A DNA stretch of 64,000 nt from Lama guanicoe (taxonomy: Eukaryota): contig MU055178.1 of NCBI GenBank assembly GCA_013239625.1, forward strand, positions 9,237,312 through 9,301,311, in the 5' to 3' direction. The notes beneath the pieces were generated by a model. The model did no database searches. It saw only the letters and a program-made list of their open reading frames with translations, and was not told where the DNA came from. Positions 25,485-36,197 of this stretch are shown piece by piece. Position 1 is the stretch's first letter, and each line of letters begins with the position of its first letter. A program made the translations under genes and the position numbers.

Positions 25485-25900
25485 TTAAGAGTGGATCACT
25501 CTGCTTAAACTATTTGTATAAACAATATGGTTTATGTTGAATACTTGCTTTCCTCCTGGGAGTCTAGAATTTTGAGAGCAGTCCAGGGAGAGGATGCCCA
25601 TGTGATCAGGGCACTTTGGGCACTGAATCTCTAACGAGCTTCCCTGGTGGCAACATTTCACATGTGTTGTCACAACTCATAGCTGAAGAAATTAAGTGTA
25701 TCCTGTGTGATTGATTTCACTAAAAGAGAATTCTTGGAAGCTTTCTCTTGCTTTTTTTGGGCTTTGCCCCATGTGCGTTTTCCCTTTGCTGATTTTGCTT
25801 TGTATCTTTCCTCTGTAATAAACCATGTAAATAAAATAATGCCAAGTCCTGTGGGTCCTCCTAAGGAAACATAAAACCTGGGATGTTGTATTAGAAACAC
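25485..25900 (+). mobile_element. LTR fragment (MER21-like)
   Basis: ctttgctgattttgctttgtatctttcctctgtaataaaccatg...agtcctgtgggtcctcctaa resembles the 3' part of a MER21-class LTR. Confidence 0.5.
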
Positions 25901-26114
25901 AAACAGACCCAATAGAATGGAGACTTACAATAAGAAATTGGCTCATGTAATCACGGAGGCAGAGAAATCAAAGATTTGCAGTCAGAGAGCCAATGGCATA
26001 GTTCCAGTCTGAGGCTGGGTCCGAAGGCAAAAGACTGTCCCAGCTGGAAGACAGTCCGGCAAGGAGAAAGAATTCTATATTACTTCGCCTTTTATTCTAT
26101 TCAGGTCTTCAGTG

Positions 26115-26293
26115 NNNNNNNNNNNNNNNNNNNNNNNNNNNNNNNNNNNNNNNNNNNNNNNNNNNNNNNNNNNNNNNNNNNNNNNNNNNNNNNNNNNNNN
26201 NNNNNNNNNNNNNNNNNNNNNNNNNNNNNNNNNNNNNNNNNNNNNNNNNNNNNNNNNNNNNNNNNNNNNNNNNNNNNNNNNNNNNNNNNNNNN
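26115..26293. other. N-gap (others at 37405-37666, 43145-43305, 44159-44288 and 57834-57994)
   Basis: Runs of n, all within or adjoining interspersed repeats. Confidence 0.99.
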
Positions 26294-28379
26294 CCCCATG
26301 CAATCTTTAGCTTCAGCTCTGTACAGACTAGAAAATCGGCCATCTCCAGCCCTGAGTTCTTTCCAGCATAAGTCTTACGTTTCACCAATGCAATTGGGTG
26401 CACTATACCCTACCTCAAAGGTCCTTATGAAGCATGAGAGTATGTTCATTTATTCATATCATTCAATAAAGTTGCCTCCTATACACCAGGCACTGTGCTA
26501 GAGAGAGAGGCTATGTGTAGGCAGAGAGTGGCATGAGATCTGGCACAATGGGTTTGCAGGGCTGGGTCATGCGGGGTTTAGCAGACCATGGTAACAGCTT
26601 TGGATTTTGTTCTATATGCAATGGGAGGTCCCTGAAGGGAGGTACATAGGGAGCGCCCAATACCTGTTTGTTATTGAACATTACCACCTGGATATCCTGT
26701 CAGAATATTCAGTTTCAACATAATCTAAAATCAGACCCAGCCATCTTCTCCCCATAATCCTTCCCTGAGTTAGCTGCTTCTAGGCACCCAGTTCTTCATC
26801 ATCTGGATAGTTCAGTTGTCTTTGATTCATTTTCTTTAGTTCCCTTTCTGCCAACTTTTAAAAATTGTCTCCCATATTTTATCCTGAGCTAATTACTTTA
26901 TCATGCTGAGCCTATTTCTTCCTGCCTAAAATGGGGATGATACTTCAAAAAAGAGAATTAAATGAGCTGAATGTAAGTAAATTGCTTACCATGCATCTAG
27001 CATGTAGCAAAAACTCACTAAAGGTTGGCTATTACTCTGAGCTAGGAATTGGAGATATAAAAATAAGCCAGAAGTTTTTCTCTTTGGGAAAAAATGAGGT
27101 CAGTCTACCTCAGATTCATCTTAAAACTCAACTTTGACCCTCACTTGTTCAGACCCCATTCTGCTAACAGGGTAATAAGGCCTGGGATGCTTAAAAAGCA
27201 GGTACTCAAGTTCCTCAAGGTAGCTGCCCTACCTTCCAGCTTTTTCACCTCCTACCTCACAGACCAAACTAAAGCACTTCATATTACATAAACATCCCTT
27301 TTGGTTTATCACCTGTCTTTGCCATTGCCATTCCCTTTGCCTGGAAAGGCCCAGTTCATGCCACAAAACTCCCTTGTATTTGTTATATATTCATTATTTG
27401 GCACGTATTTATTCAGCACCTACTGTGTGCTAGGACTAAGTGCTTGGGATGCATCTGTAAATGACCCATCTGCTCTCACAACGTCTATGCTAGTGGGGGA
27501 GACAGACAATAATACAAACACAGGGGCTCCACGTCAGGGATTGGTAAGTAGGGAGAAGACAAAAGACATGCATGTCTCTATCAAGTACAAGCTCAAAGGC
27601 TAGAGCCATGTCTCATTCAAAATCTCATATCCTCACAGAGCACCTTTTTTTTGTAGGTGCTTGTTATTTTTGAATAAATCATATTCTGGAGACTTTAAAA
27701 GGCTGTCAAATACTAAATTGCTAAAGAGCAACAGGAGCTGCACTCAAATTCAACAAAATGAGGTCTTTTGTACCTGCTTGGGCACCATTCTGTTGCTGAA
27801 AATAAAGGCTGAAGAGAAGATAATGTTCTACATTTTCAAATGGTAGATTTTTTTTTATGGCCAAATATACAGATTTCTGCAGTGGTCTGGGTGTTAGAAA
27901 TCTAAGGCTTTGAGACAGTCTTAAGTCCAAATGGTGACTCTGCTAATCCCTTACTTAGCTTTAGTTACACAAATGGAAAAGGGGGCAAATGAGAGTACCT
28001 ACCATATAGGGTGAGGATTTTTTTTTTTGACTACTTATGAACCTTTATTCTTCCATTAATATTAAAAAGTTTGTCAGGTTCACCAAAAAAATCCACACTG
28101 GCATCTTTATTAGCACATTAGTCCCAGAAAAATTCTTTGCAGTTTTGATCTTTTTGTTGCATTATTTATTTAGTTCTGCTCATTTTTTAATCCCTACTTT
28201 CTCTTCATAAAGTTCTTTTTCATTATTTATCAGGGTAATTCCTAAATGTATTGTTTTTGTTGCTATTGGACTGTTTTCTAATTTTCTATTTTGAGGTTTT
28301 CAGTCTTTCTCACTTTTATAAGTTATCTTTATCTTTGTCTTGTAATTGTGCTGGTTTATTCATGTTTATTTTTTCGTTA

Positions 28380-28810
28380 AAACTGTCTCACTGTGGTAAA
28401 ATACAACAACAAATTTACCATCTTAGCCATTTTTAAGCGTACAGTTTAGCGTCTTAAGTACGCTGATGTTGTTCAAGCATCACCACCACCCATCTCTACA
28501 ATTTTCATCTTATAAACTGAAACTTTGTACCCATTAAACAGTAACACTCCATTTCTTCTTGCCTCGGGCAACCACTGTTCTACTTTGAATCTGACTGTTC
28601 TAGGTACTTCATATAAGTGGAATCATACAGTATTTCTTTTTGTGACTCGCTTATTTTACTTATAATGTCAAGAGTTCTCCATTCTGTAGCATCTGTCAAC
28701 AATTTCCTTCCTTTTTTAAGGCTGAATATTTCATTGTATGCATATTCCACATTTTGTTTATCCATTCATCCATCAATAGACATTTGAGTTGCTTCTACCT
28801 CTTTGCTACT
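28380..28810 (-). mobile_element. LINE-1 3' end fragment (L1M-type)
   Basis: aggtacttcatataagtggaatcatacagtattt...ccacattttgtttatccattcatcc. Confidence 0.85.
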
Positions 28811-29095
28811 GAGAACCTATAAAGGGTTATTAATGAGAATTAAATGTGTTCCTGGCATATAGTAAGAACTTAATGATATCAACTATTATGTTTTTATTGT
28901 GGGGCAGGAGTATGTTTTAACTTGTTTTACATTCCATGGATGCTTCTGTGAGAATCTATGTATTTCTGGAAGCTTCTGAAAGAGAACAGTTTGGAACACC
29001 TTTTTTAGAAAAATTCCAATTTGACAGTTGAAAGAAATAAACACTGATACGAGTTTAAAGAATCCAGAAAAGAGCCAAGCTCTCCTCCAACCACA

Positions 29096-29101
29096 TTTAT
29101 T
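29096..29101 (-). terminator. Likely LAMTOR5 polyadenylation signal AATAAA
   Basis: tttatt on the plus strand, about 250 nt past the stop codon, followed on the minus strand by GT/T-rich sequence. Confidence 0.65.
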
Positions 29102-29350
29102 AAACATAACAAAATTCTATATACAAAGTGCCCTAAACCTACTGCTTCAAAACATGATATTTTCTTAACTAGTATTTTGATAAGTCAATCCATGGTGTCA
29201 AAAGCAGTTTACTCTAAAATTAACAGGAAAGTGTCCAACACACATTACATGAATGGCCTAATTACTTGAACTCTAATAGTTCTATAGGATAATTAACATA
29301 AGGTACAACTGAGTCCCTATGACAGGCTGCTGGGGAACAGGTCTGAGACA

Positions 29351-29411
29351 TCAAGAGGCCATTTTGTGCACTGCCACTGTGATGCCATCGTGTTTCTGGA
29401 TCATGATGTTC
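29351..29411 (-). CDS. LAMTOR5: LAMTOR5 exon 4, coding part
   Basis: NIMIQKHDGITVAVHKMAS*. The exons sum to 35+62+118+61 = 276 nt, i.e. 91 aa plus stop. Confidence 0.96.
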
Positions 29412-30062
29412 CTGAAAGGCAAAGTGGACGATACTCAGGAAAACGTTACAAATGGCAGTCAGTGTAAAGATGCTGTTTGGTTTAGGATACAACTAAAAAA
29501 GTAATACTTATCATTTTTCCATGTATAAAAGCAATATATAAACACAATACATGTGGGAAATACAGAAAAGTATAAAATATAAAAATGAAATCAATCCTAT
29601 AATCCTACCAAAGACAATCACTATTATTATTTTCCCTTTTTTATCTGCATGTATACTCTATATACACATTTTTCCCCCTCATTCTACAAAACTGTGATCA
29701 TAATGTTGATAGTATTATATAATGCTTTTTTCACTATTTGAAAGACCCTCACTTGGAATATCTTTAGTCCTTCTATTACTACAGACAGTGTTTCTGTTCT
29801 GTTTAGTCTTCCTCTGTGCTATTTATTGCTTTCTTTTCCTTGAGAGACTGATGGTTCATAACAGTTCTTACTCTTCATTTAAATGTCACTGTGTTCTGAA
29901 AGCGTATTAGCTTCAGAGATTAATCCATCTGCTCCTGTGGTCCAAAGGGACGAACTTCCCTCCAAGTCCTTTGAATGATGAACACAGGGTAGGCCCCAGT
30001 CAAGTATCTCAGGGATTTTTCTGAACAAAAAGGAAAGGAAGGATCTGCTGACACTTACTCAC

Positions 30063-30180
30063 CCATTATCTGATTCGAGACACACCACAGGAATATCAGT
30101 GGGGTCTGAGGTCAGCTTGGCTGCTTGCTGGGCTAGAACAGATATCACCCCAGCATGCTCATCTGACAGGGTCCCACGGC
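30063..30180 (-). CDS. LAMTOR5: LAMTOR5 exon 3 (118 nt)
   Basis: [38 protein letters not shown]; CCAG/GTGAGT boundaries. Confidence 0.96.
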
Positions 30181-32106
30181 CTGGAAGACAGAGATGACAT
30201 CAGGACACCTGACTGTCCAAAAAATAAGTAGAGAGCTACAGTAGAACTGAATTGAATTATTTACAAAAAGAAGGCTCAGCTCTTGGTCTCTTAAGTTAGG
30301 TACTGACATGAAATGATTCTGCCCTGATACTCAGCCGGTTACAGCAGTGAAAAGAGAAGGCCAGACAGCAGCTTTTAAGTCAATAAAGCCCTAACACTCA
30401 ATTTTCCAAGTCATTTTCATCACCATCTCTAAACACCTTCTCAAGCACATAAGGAAGCCGTAATTCAAGTCAATCTGAAAGCAAACTGAAACCAAGAAGA
30501 AATTCAGAGGTGAGATTGACAAAAAACAGTCAGTAAGGGCAAGAGACTTGTTGAAACTAATTAATTCCTCATGGGAAATCTGATTTCCTTTTACTGAGCT
30601 CAACCTCAAAGGATATAAAGATCTTTACTCAGGAGTGCAGCTGTAAGATCATCTTGACAGCATATATAAATACCCTGTGAGCAGTTATTTCCACTAGAAT
30701 AAGCTGGTTGTTTTCAAATATCAACAGAAATGACTTTTTACTAATGTTTGTTTTAGCCTGTAGATAATAACTAAATCTTGGGTGTCAGGTACAAAAAGTA
30801 GTTACTGAGTTTACTTTGCAATATATTTCCGTATATAAAAGGCAACACAAGCCCGTCTGCTTGAAACTAAGTCAACTATGGCAGAGTTGATGGATTTACT
30901 TCTATTGTATAAAACATTAAGTAGACAGACAACAGTGCAGTCTTTTGGGTTTTGACGGTTTCTCGAAGTAACTCACTTAGCTTTAGCTATCCACACTTGA
31001 ATTTCAGCCTTTCCATCTGTGAGCCTCGCAAGGGCCTCAAAAGAAATCTGCCTTTTTTCTCCCAACTAACTGATTTGTGTGTAAAACCTAACTGAGCTAC
31101 AAGACTACCTCTTTCAATTACCCTCCCAGCAAAAATTCAGAGCTTAAAAACTCCTGCAGTACAGAGGAGTAAGAAGCAAGGAGTCCTGGGTTTACTAGTT
31201 CTGACATTAATTAGCTGAAGGTGTCCCCTGTTTACCTTTCCACATTTATTTACTCATCTGTGATTGTTACCATTTTTTGAGCATTATGTCTGGGTTACGT
31301 TCTGAGTGTCTTACATACACTATATACTCTTATACTATTGTGATTAAGAGGCTCTAGAGCCTGACTCAAATCCTAGCTCAACCATTTACTAACTGTAGGA
31401 CCCTGGAAAATTACTCAACTTCTGTGCCTCAATTTCTTCATCTACCTCACAGGGTTATTATGAGGATTAAATGACTTAGTAAATATAAAGCACTTAGAAT
31501 GGTGCCTGGCCTATAGTAAGAGCTCAGTGAATGCAATTCTATAAAAATAATTATTAGACAACAACCCTGTAAAGAAACTGAGGCTCAGAAAGATTTTTTT
31601 TGGTCCAGGTTCACACTCCTAATAAATGGAAGAGCAGGTATGTCCAACCCGACAGCCCCCATTTTTACTGCCTACTCACTTATTAAGTGAATTTGGACAA
31701 AAAAACAAAAAAAATTGCACCACCGATCTGGCAGGTTATTGTGAAAGTTAGAGATAATGTATAAAAAGTGTAGCAGTCCCAACATATGGCATACATTCAA
31801 TAAATGGTAACTGCTGTCATTATCTGAAGTCCTTTCTAGACCCAATTTAAAATGATTCAAACACTGTTTTACTAGAAACAACTGTGTAGTGCTAGAACCG
31901 CAAGGAACATTTCTACCTTCACAGATACCAAATGAAAAGTTTCAACTTTCTAACTTTGTTACTTGGAGGTGACCTTTACTCTCCCAGAAGTCCCCGGAAA
32001 GTGGCAGGGTAACAGGAAGTAAAAACTAGAGAACAGCAGCACACTAGGCTCCCAGTCCACATCAAGTGCTGGGCAATCCATCAAAGGGTTGATGAGAGAT
32101 ACTTAC

Positions 32107-32168
32107 AGCCCAGATTGAGTCCTTGAGAATCTGTACACAGGACTCCCACAATGGATGGATTCTTCATT
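32107..32168 (-). CDS. LAMTOR5: LAMTOR5 exon 2 (62 nt)
   Basis: [20 protein letters not shown]; AG/GTAAGT boundaries. Confidence 0.96.
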
Positions 32169-32779
32169 CTAATTCCAGGAACACAGGAAGAAGAAAGCAA
32201 ACGATGTGGGAAAATGAATTTAAATAACACATACAGGCTTTTTATGTACCAGAAACTGTCGTTAAGTGCCTTAAATCAGTCTTAAATCTTTTTTCACTAC
32301 CGCCCATCTGTACACCAAGAAAATTAAATTTACAATTCACTAGTTTAAATAGATAGCCCAATAGCTCTCTGATGAGAGAAATGATTGCGCCAGGTCCTTC
32401 TGAGCTTTGGAGGGCCACAAACATTGAAATATCTAGGACTCTGTTCTCCTTGTTAAAAAGGCATACTCTAGCATACTAACCCCCCTTGAAATAAGTGTTG
32501 AAAAATTCTTAAGTAACACAGGTTGCCTCCAGAAGCGGAAGTGGGAAGCTGAGGAGTACTGGTGCGGAGGAGGTGTTTCCCTGTACGCCTTCTTACACTT
32601 CTGGGTGTCTTTCACCTTCTTAAACACCAAATAACTGGTTACACCCGGAAAGAGCTACGCTAGTGTGTTTATACTGACACGACAGGGGTCGACTTCGCAC
32701 AGGTGGTACATCCTTTCTCCAAATGAACCTGGTTCCTAAACCCCCGAAGAACGACCCTGTCCTTAAAGACAATTTCAAC

Positions 32780-33540
32780 ACGACAGCCAGCTGTGGGCTC
32801 GGGCCGCGAAGACTAACTCGCTCGCTCGCTCCGGAGTGGGCGAGGCCCCAGCGGCGTTTTATTCCGGGTCACCCCCCACCCCCAACCCAGAGGCCCCGGG
32901 ACAAGGCTTCCCCAAGAGGCCCGGCCGGCGCTCGCAGGCTGCGCCCTGTGTCCCTGTCAACTCACCCCGCCGCGACCCCAGGACTCACGTGTCCTCCAGG
33001 TGCTGCTCCAAGGTCGCCTCCATCCCGCCGCCGTTCCGCCGGCGCAGGACCCCGCCGCGCGTCGTCTCCTCCGCCGCAGGCCTCAGCGATCCTCGGTCAC
33101 ATGACGCGAGCGGGCCGCCGGCCGGGACGGCGCCTCCAAAGGGACAAACTTCGCGGCGCAGCCTCCGCGTTGTGAACGGGAAGACGTCATTACGCGACGG
33201 CCGCCTCGAGCCGCGCGAGCTTCTGCAGCCCGCGAGACGGCAGGAGCAAAGGCGGGGGGACCGCGGCGGGGGGACCGCGGCGGCTCCCCTACGGAACCAG
33301 GCGGCGCAGCGTCCCCACCCCCCCACCCCGGAGGGACGTCTGCAGCCGCCCGCGGAGCCGGCGTGCTGGCCTGTCCCTTTGTCTCCGACACGCAGACCTT
33401 TGGACTCCGATTCCACCGACTCTGAGACGTCGGACCAGATCTTGTTGAAGTTTTACAGTAACTCGGCGGGTCAGGCGAGGTCTCATGCAGGCGGTGGATC
33501 AGGGACAGACAAGAGAGACGCAGGACCCCGGTGAAGGGGT
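32780..33540. promoter_or_regulatory. CpG-island promoter of LAMTOR5, probably bidirectional
   Basis: Abrupt GC- and CpG-rich block spanning exon 1. Contains an E-box GTCACATGAC (33096-33105), a CRE-like GACGTCA (33183-33189) and GC boxes. Confidence 0.9.
32989..33023 (-). CDS. LAMTOR5: LAMTOR5 (HBXIP, Ragulator subunit) coding exon 1
   Basis: GGGATGG Kozak context; MEATLEQHLED(T); donor AC|GTGAGT. Confidence 0.96.
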
Positions 33541-34782
33541 CCCCAGGCATGAAGGGGGAACACACAGGAAAAAACAACACAGGGACTAGAGGACAAGATA
33601 GAACAAGGTTAAAATCCCAAGTTAGGTATGGGAAAAGTGTCTGGATTTTAACTGAAGACATTGGTTCTTCCTCTTTGGCGAGGGCTCCAGAAAGTTTGGG
33701 AAAGGTGGTGTTACTTGTGATAAAGACTGGGTAGAATTACTTAAAAACAATCTTTAAAAACAATCCTTTAAAAAGTTTATAAAAGCAGTTGTAAAAATAA
33801 GAAAAGAAAGCCCACCCATAATCTCTGTCCAGAAATGACCATTAATACCTCAGAGAATATTTTCAGCCAATTGTTTTTGCAAAGGTATGCTTTTTTACTT
33901 TTTTTAAGCAAAATTGCCACACATACTGGACATATAATTCTGTAGCTGGCATTTGCCGCAGAATTTAGCATAAATGTCTTTCCATATCAGTAAATATTCA
34001 TTTACAGCCTTTGTAATACTTACAAAATACTGCACTTTATAGCGGTTCCTTAATCGATTTAACCAACCCCTTATTAATGTACAATTAAGTGGCTTATAGT
34101 TTTTTTTTGTTGTTGTTGTTGTTGTTATTTCGGGCCTTTCTTGACTATTAGAAATGCTGGATAAATATCAGCCAAATATGTGTGTAGTTTAAAATTTTCC
34201 TTATGGTAAGTTACTAGAATGAAATTAATTGGTTGAAGGATATGGACATTTTTAAGGCTTTTGCTATACACTTACAAATTGTCTCCCCCCGCTCCACCCC
34301 GAAACGTGGTACCAATTTACACTCAGATTGGTAGCATTTGATGAAAATAGGATAAGTATGGCCATAGTCTCGCCCATCCCCCACAGGCCGATACCCTGTG
34401 CTTAAGTCCTCCTAATGTCACTCTTGGATCTCCCTTTTCTCCAACCCTCTTACCCTCAGCTTTTACTCAACAGTCCACCTTCTGATCTGGGGTCCAGCTT
34501 CAAGGCCCCCTTGACTTGGCTTCGGAGTCCCTTTTCATTCCGTAGCTGGGATGGTGAGAAACTTGCAGTTCTTTAAAATTCCAGCCTTGAATGTTGTAAT
34601 TCAAGAGTTTTTAGACTCCTGCCCTAGAGAAATAATTTCTGTTAACTTAAGGGTCACATAATGTGAGCCATTTAAATTTTAGAAAAAGTAGTTTAGAACT
34701 ACCCTTAAAAGACAGCATTAGAAAATGTAAGGAATGAGCCCTCTTGCTGCCCAGTTCCTGCCCGAGGCAGCTCGGCACTGCA

Positions 34783-34801
34783 GTACCGCCCCCTTGTGGT
34801 C
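34783..34801 (-). promoter_or_regulatory. Candidate CTCF site
   Basis: GACCACAAGGGGGCGGTAC closely matches the CCAC/GNAGGGGGCG core. Confidence 0.65.
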
Positions 34802-34859
34802 CCGCATGGTGTAAAGCTTTGCTGGACTAGGGCTTCTCAGCTCTGGCTTTTCAACCTTC

Positions 34860-35150
34860 AGGGCAGAGACTTCAGTAGAAATGTAATGTGAGCCTCATCT
34901 GTAATTTTAAATAGTCTGGTAACCACACTGAAAAAGTAAAAAAGGTGAAATTAATTTTAATAATATACTATTTGTCCAAATACAATGTCCAAAATAGTGT
35001 CATTTCAACATGTAAATACGAAGATATTTTTAACATTCCCTGCCCGTTTTACTAAGTCTTCAAATTCCGGTGTCTACACCGACAGCACATTTCTATTCAG
35101 ACTAGCCACATTTTAGGTGTTTGATGGAGCCATGTGTGGCTAGTGGCTAC
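34860..35150. mobile_element. MER3/MER33-like hAT DNA transposon remnant
   Basis: agaaatgtaatgtgagcc...actagccacatttt...agccatgtgtggctagtggctacc. Confidence 0.7.
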
Positions 35151-36178
35151 CCTTGGCTAATGCCGCTGCGGGCTATCTCTGATTATCTCAAAGCCAGATC
35201 AGTGATGATAGGATTCTCAGAAAAGCTGGTGATCATATTTGAAGCTGTTAAGAAAGGCCTCTGAAGGGAAAATGAGGAAGTAGGTAGAGGATGACCACTG
35301 GTCTAAACATCCTTGTGGGTCCGTAGGTGGGAGGGCAGGCTACTCCACACCAACCCCTCTTTCTGTGCCTTGTTGCTGTTTTGCCCCTGCCCATCTGGGC
35401 AGAGGGAGCTGAATGGCTTATATACGCTGGGGAAGTGCTGGGGGCTTGGGGTGATGGTTAGTTGGAGGAGACGTCTGACTCCTAATTATTTTCTAGTTTC
35501 TTCAGCTTGTGGATGGTTTGATGATCCTTTATTCTCAGTTTTGAGTGCTAATAACCATTTTGGGGGTGACAAGAAAAGTCCCAGGACACCCATATTGGAA
35601 TACTTGCCTCGTTGTATTGTTTTTATGCTTGCTTTTCAAGTCAGGAAGAGTGTCTTCTCCATTTCTGCGCCCTGAGTGCTGTGGAGCGTAATAGGAATCC
35701 AGTACATTTTTATTGAAAAATCTTGATGGGTTCTTTGAGAAGAGGACTCTGTATAACGTAAAGAAACTTTAAGTCTTCAGCTTTAACCACCTTTATCCTC
35801 TTCTTCCTCCTGTCCTCCATATGCAAGTGCCTGGAAAATGGAAATCCCAGGAGGGTCCGGCAGAGAATGCCCAATGCCCACATGTGCTGGCTGGGAATGG
35901 GGAGATGAGAAGCCGGAATAGGGGTGCGAACCAGACCTTGTAAGTCATCTGACTGCTGTTGGCTGGGACCCTAAGCCCTCTTCCTTGACCTGTCAGGAGC
36001 AGAACCCTCCTGGGGGGTCCACTTAAAAAGTGACGCTCTGGTAGAGGTCTAGCCCTCCCCTGGGTGCACAGGGCTCCGCTACACCAGGGCCAGCCCATTG
36101 GTTGTTCTTTCAAGTGCTTAGGGTCCCGAGCCTGAAGTGCAATGAGCCCTAAGCCATGCTGGGGAACGGGCCTGCGCC

Positions 36179-36197
36179 TGCCGCCAGGGGGCACCAA
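36179..36197 (+). promoter_or_regulatory. Candidate CTCF site
   Basis: TGCCGCCAGGGGGCACCA matches the core consensus. Confidence 0.65.

Noticed and set aside
25976-26501. ORFs spanning N-runs (also near 37.4, 43.1, 44.2 and 57.8 kb)
   Set aside because: They are artefacts of translating through gaps.
32723-33661. Long overlapping ORFs (150-232 aa) in the CpG island
   Set aside because: They are low-complexity R/P/G/A-rich frames expected from stop-codon scarcity in GC-rich DNA. Only the 35-nt LAMTOR5 exon is supported.
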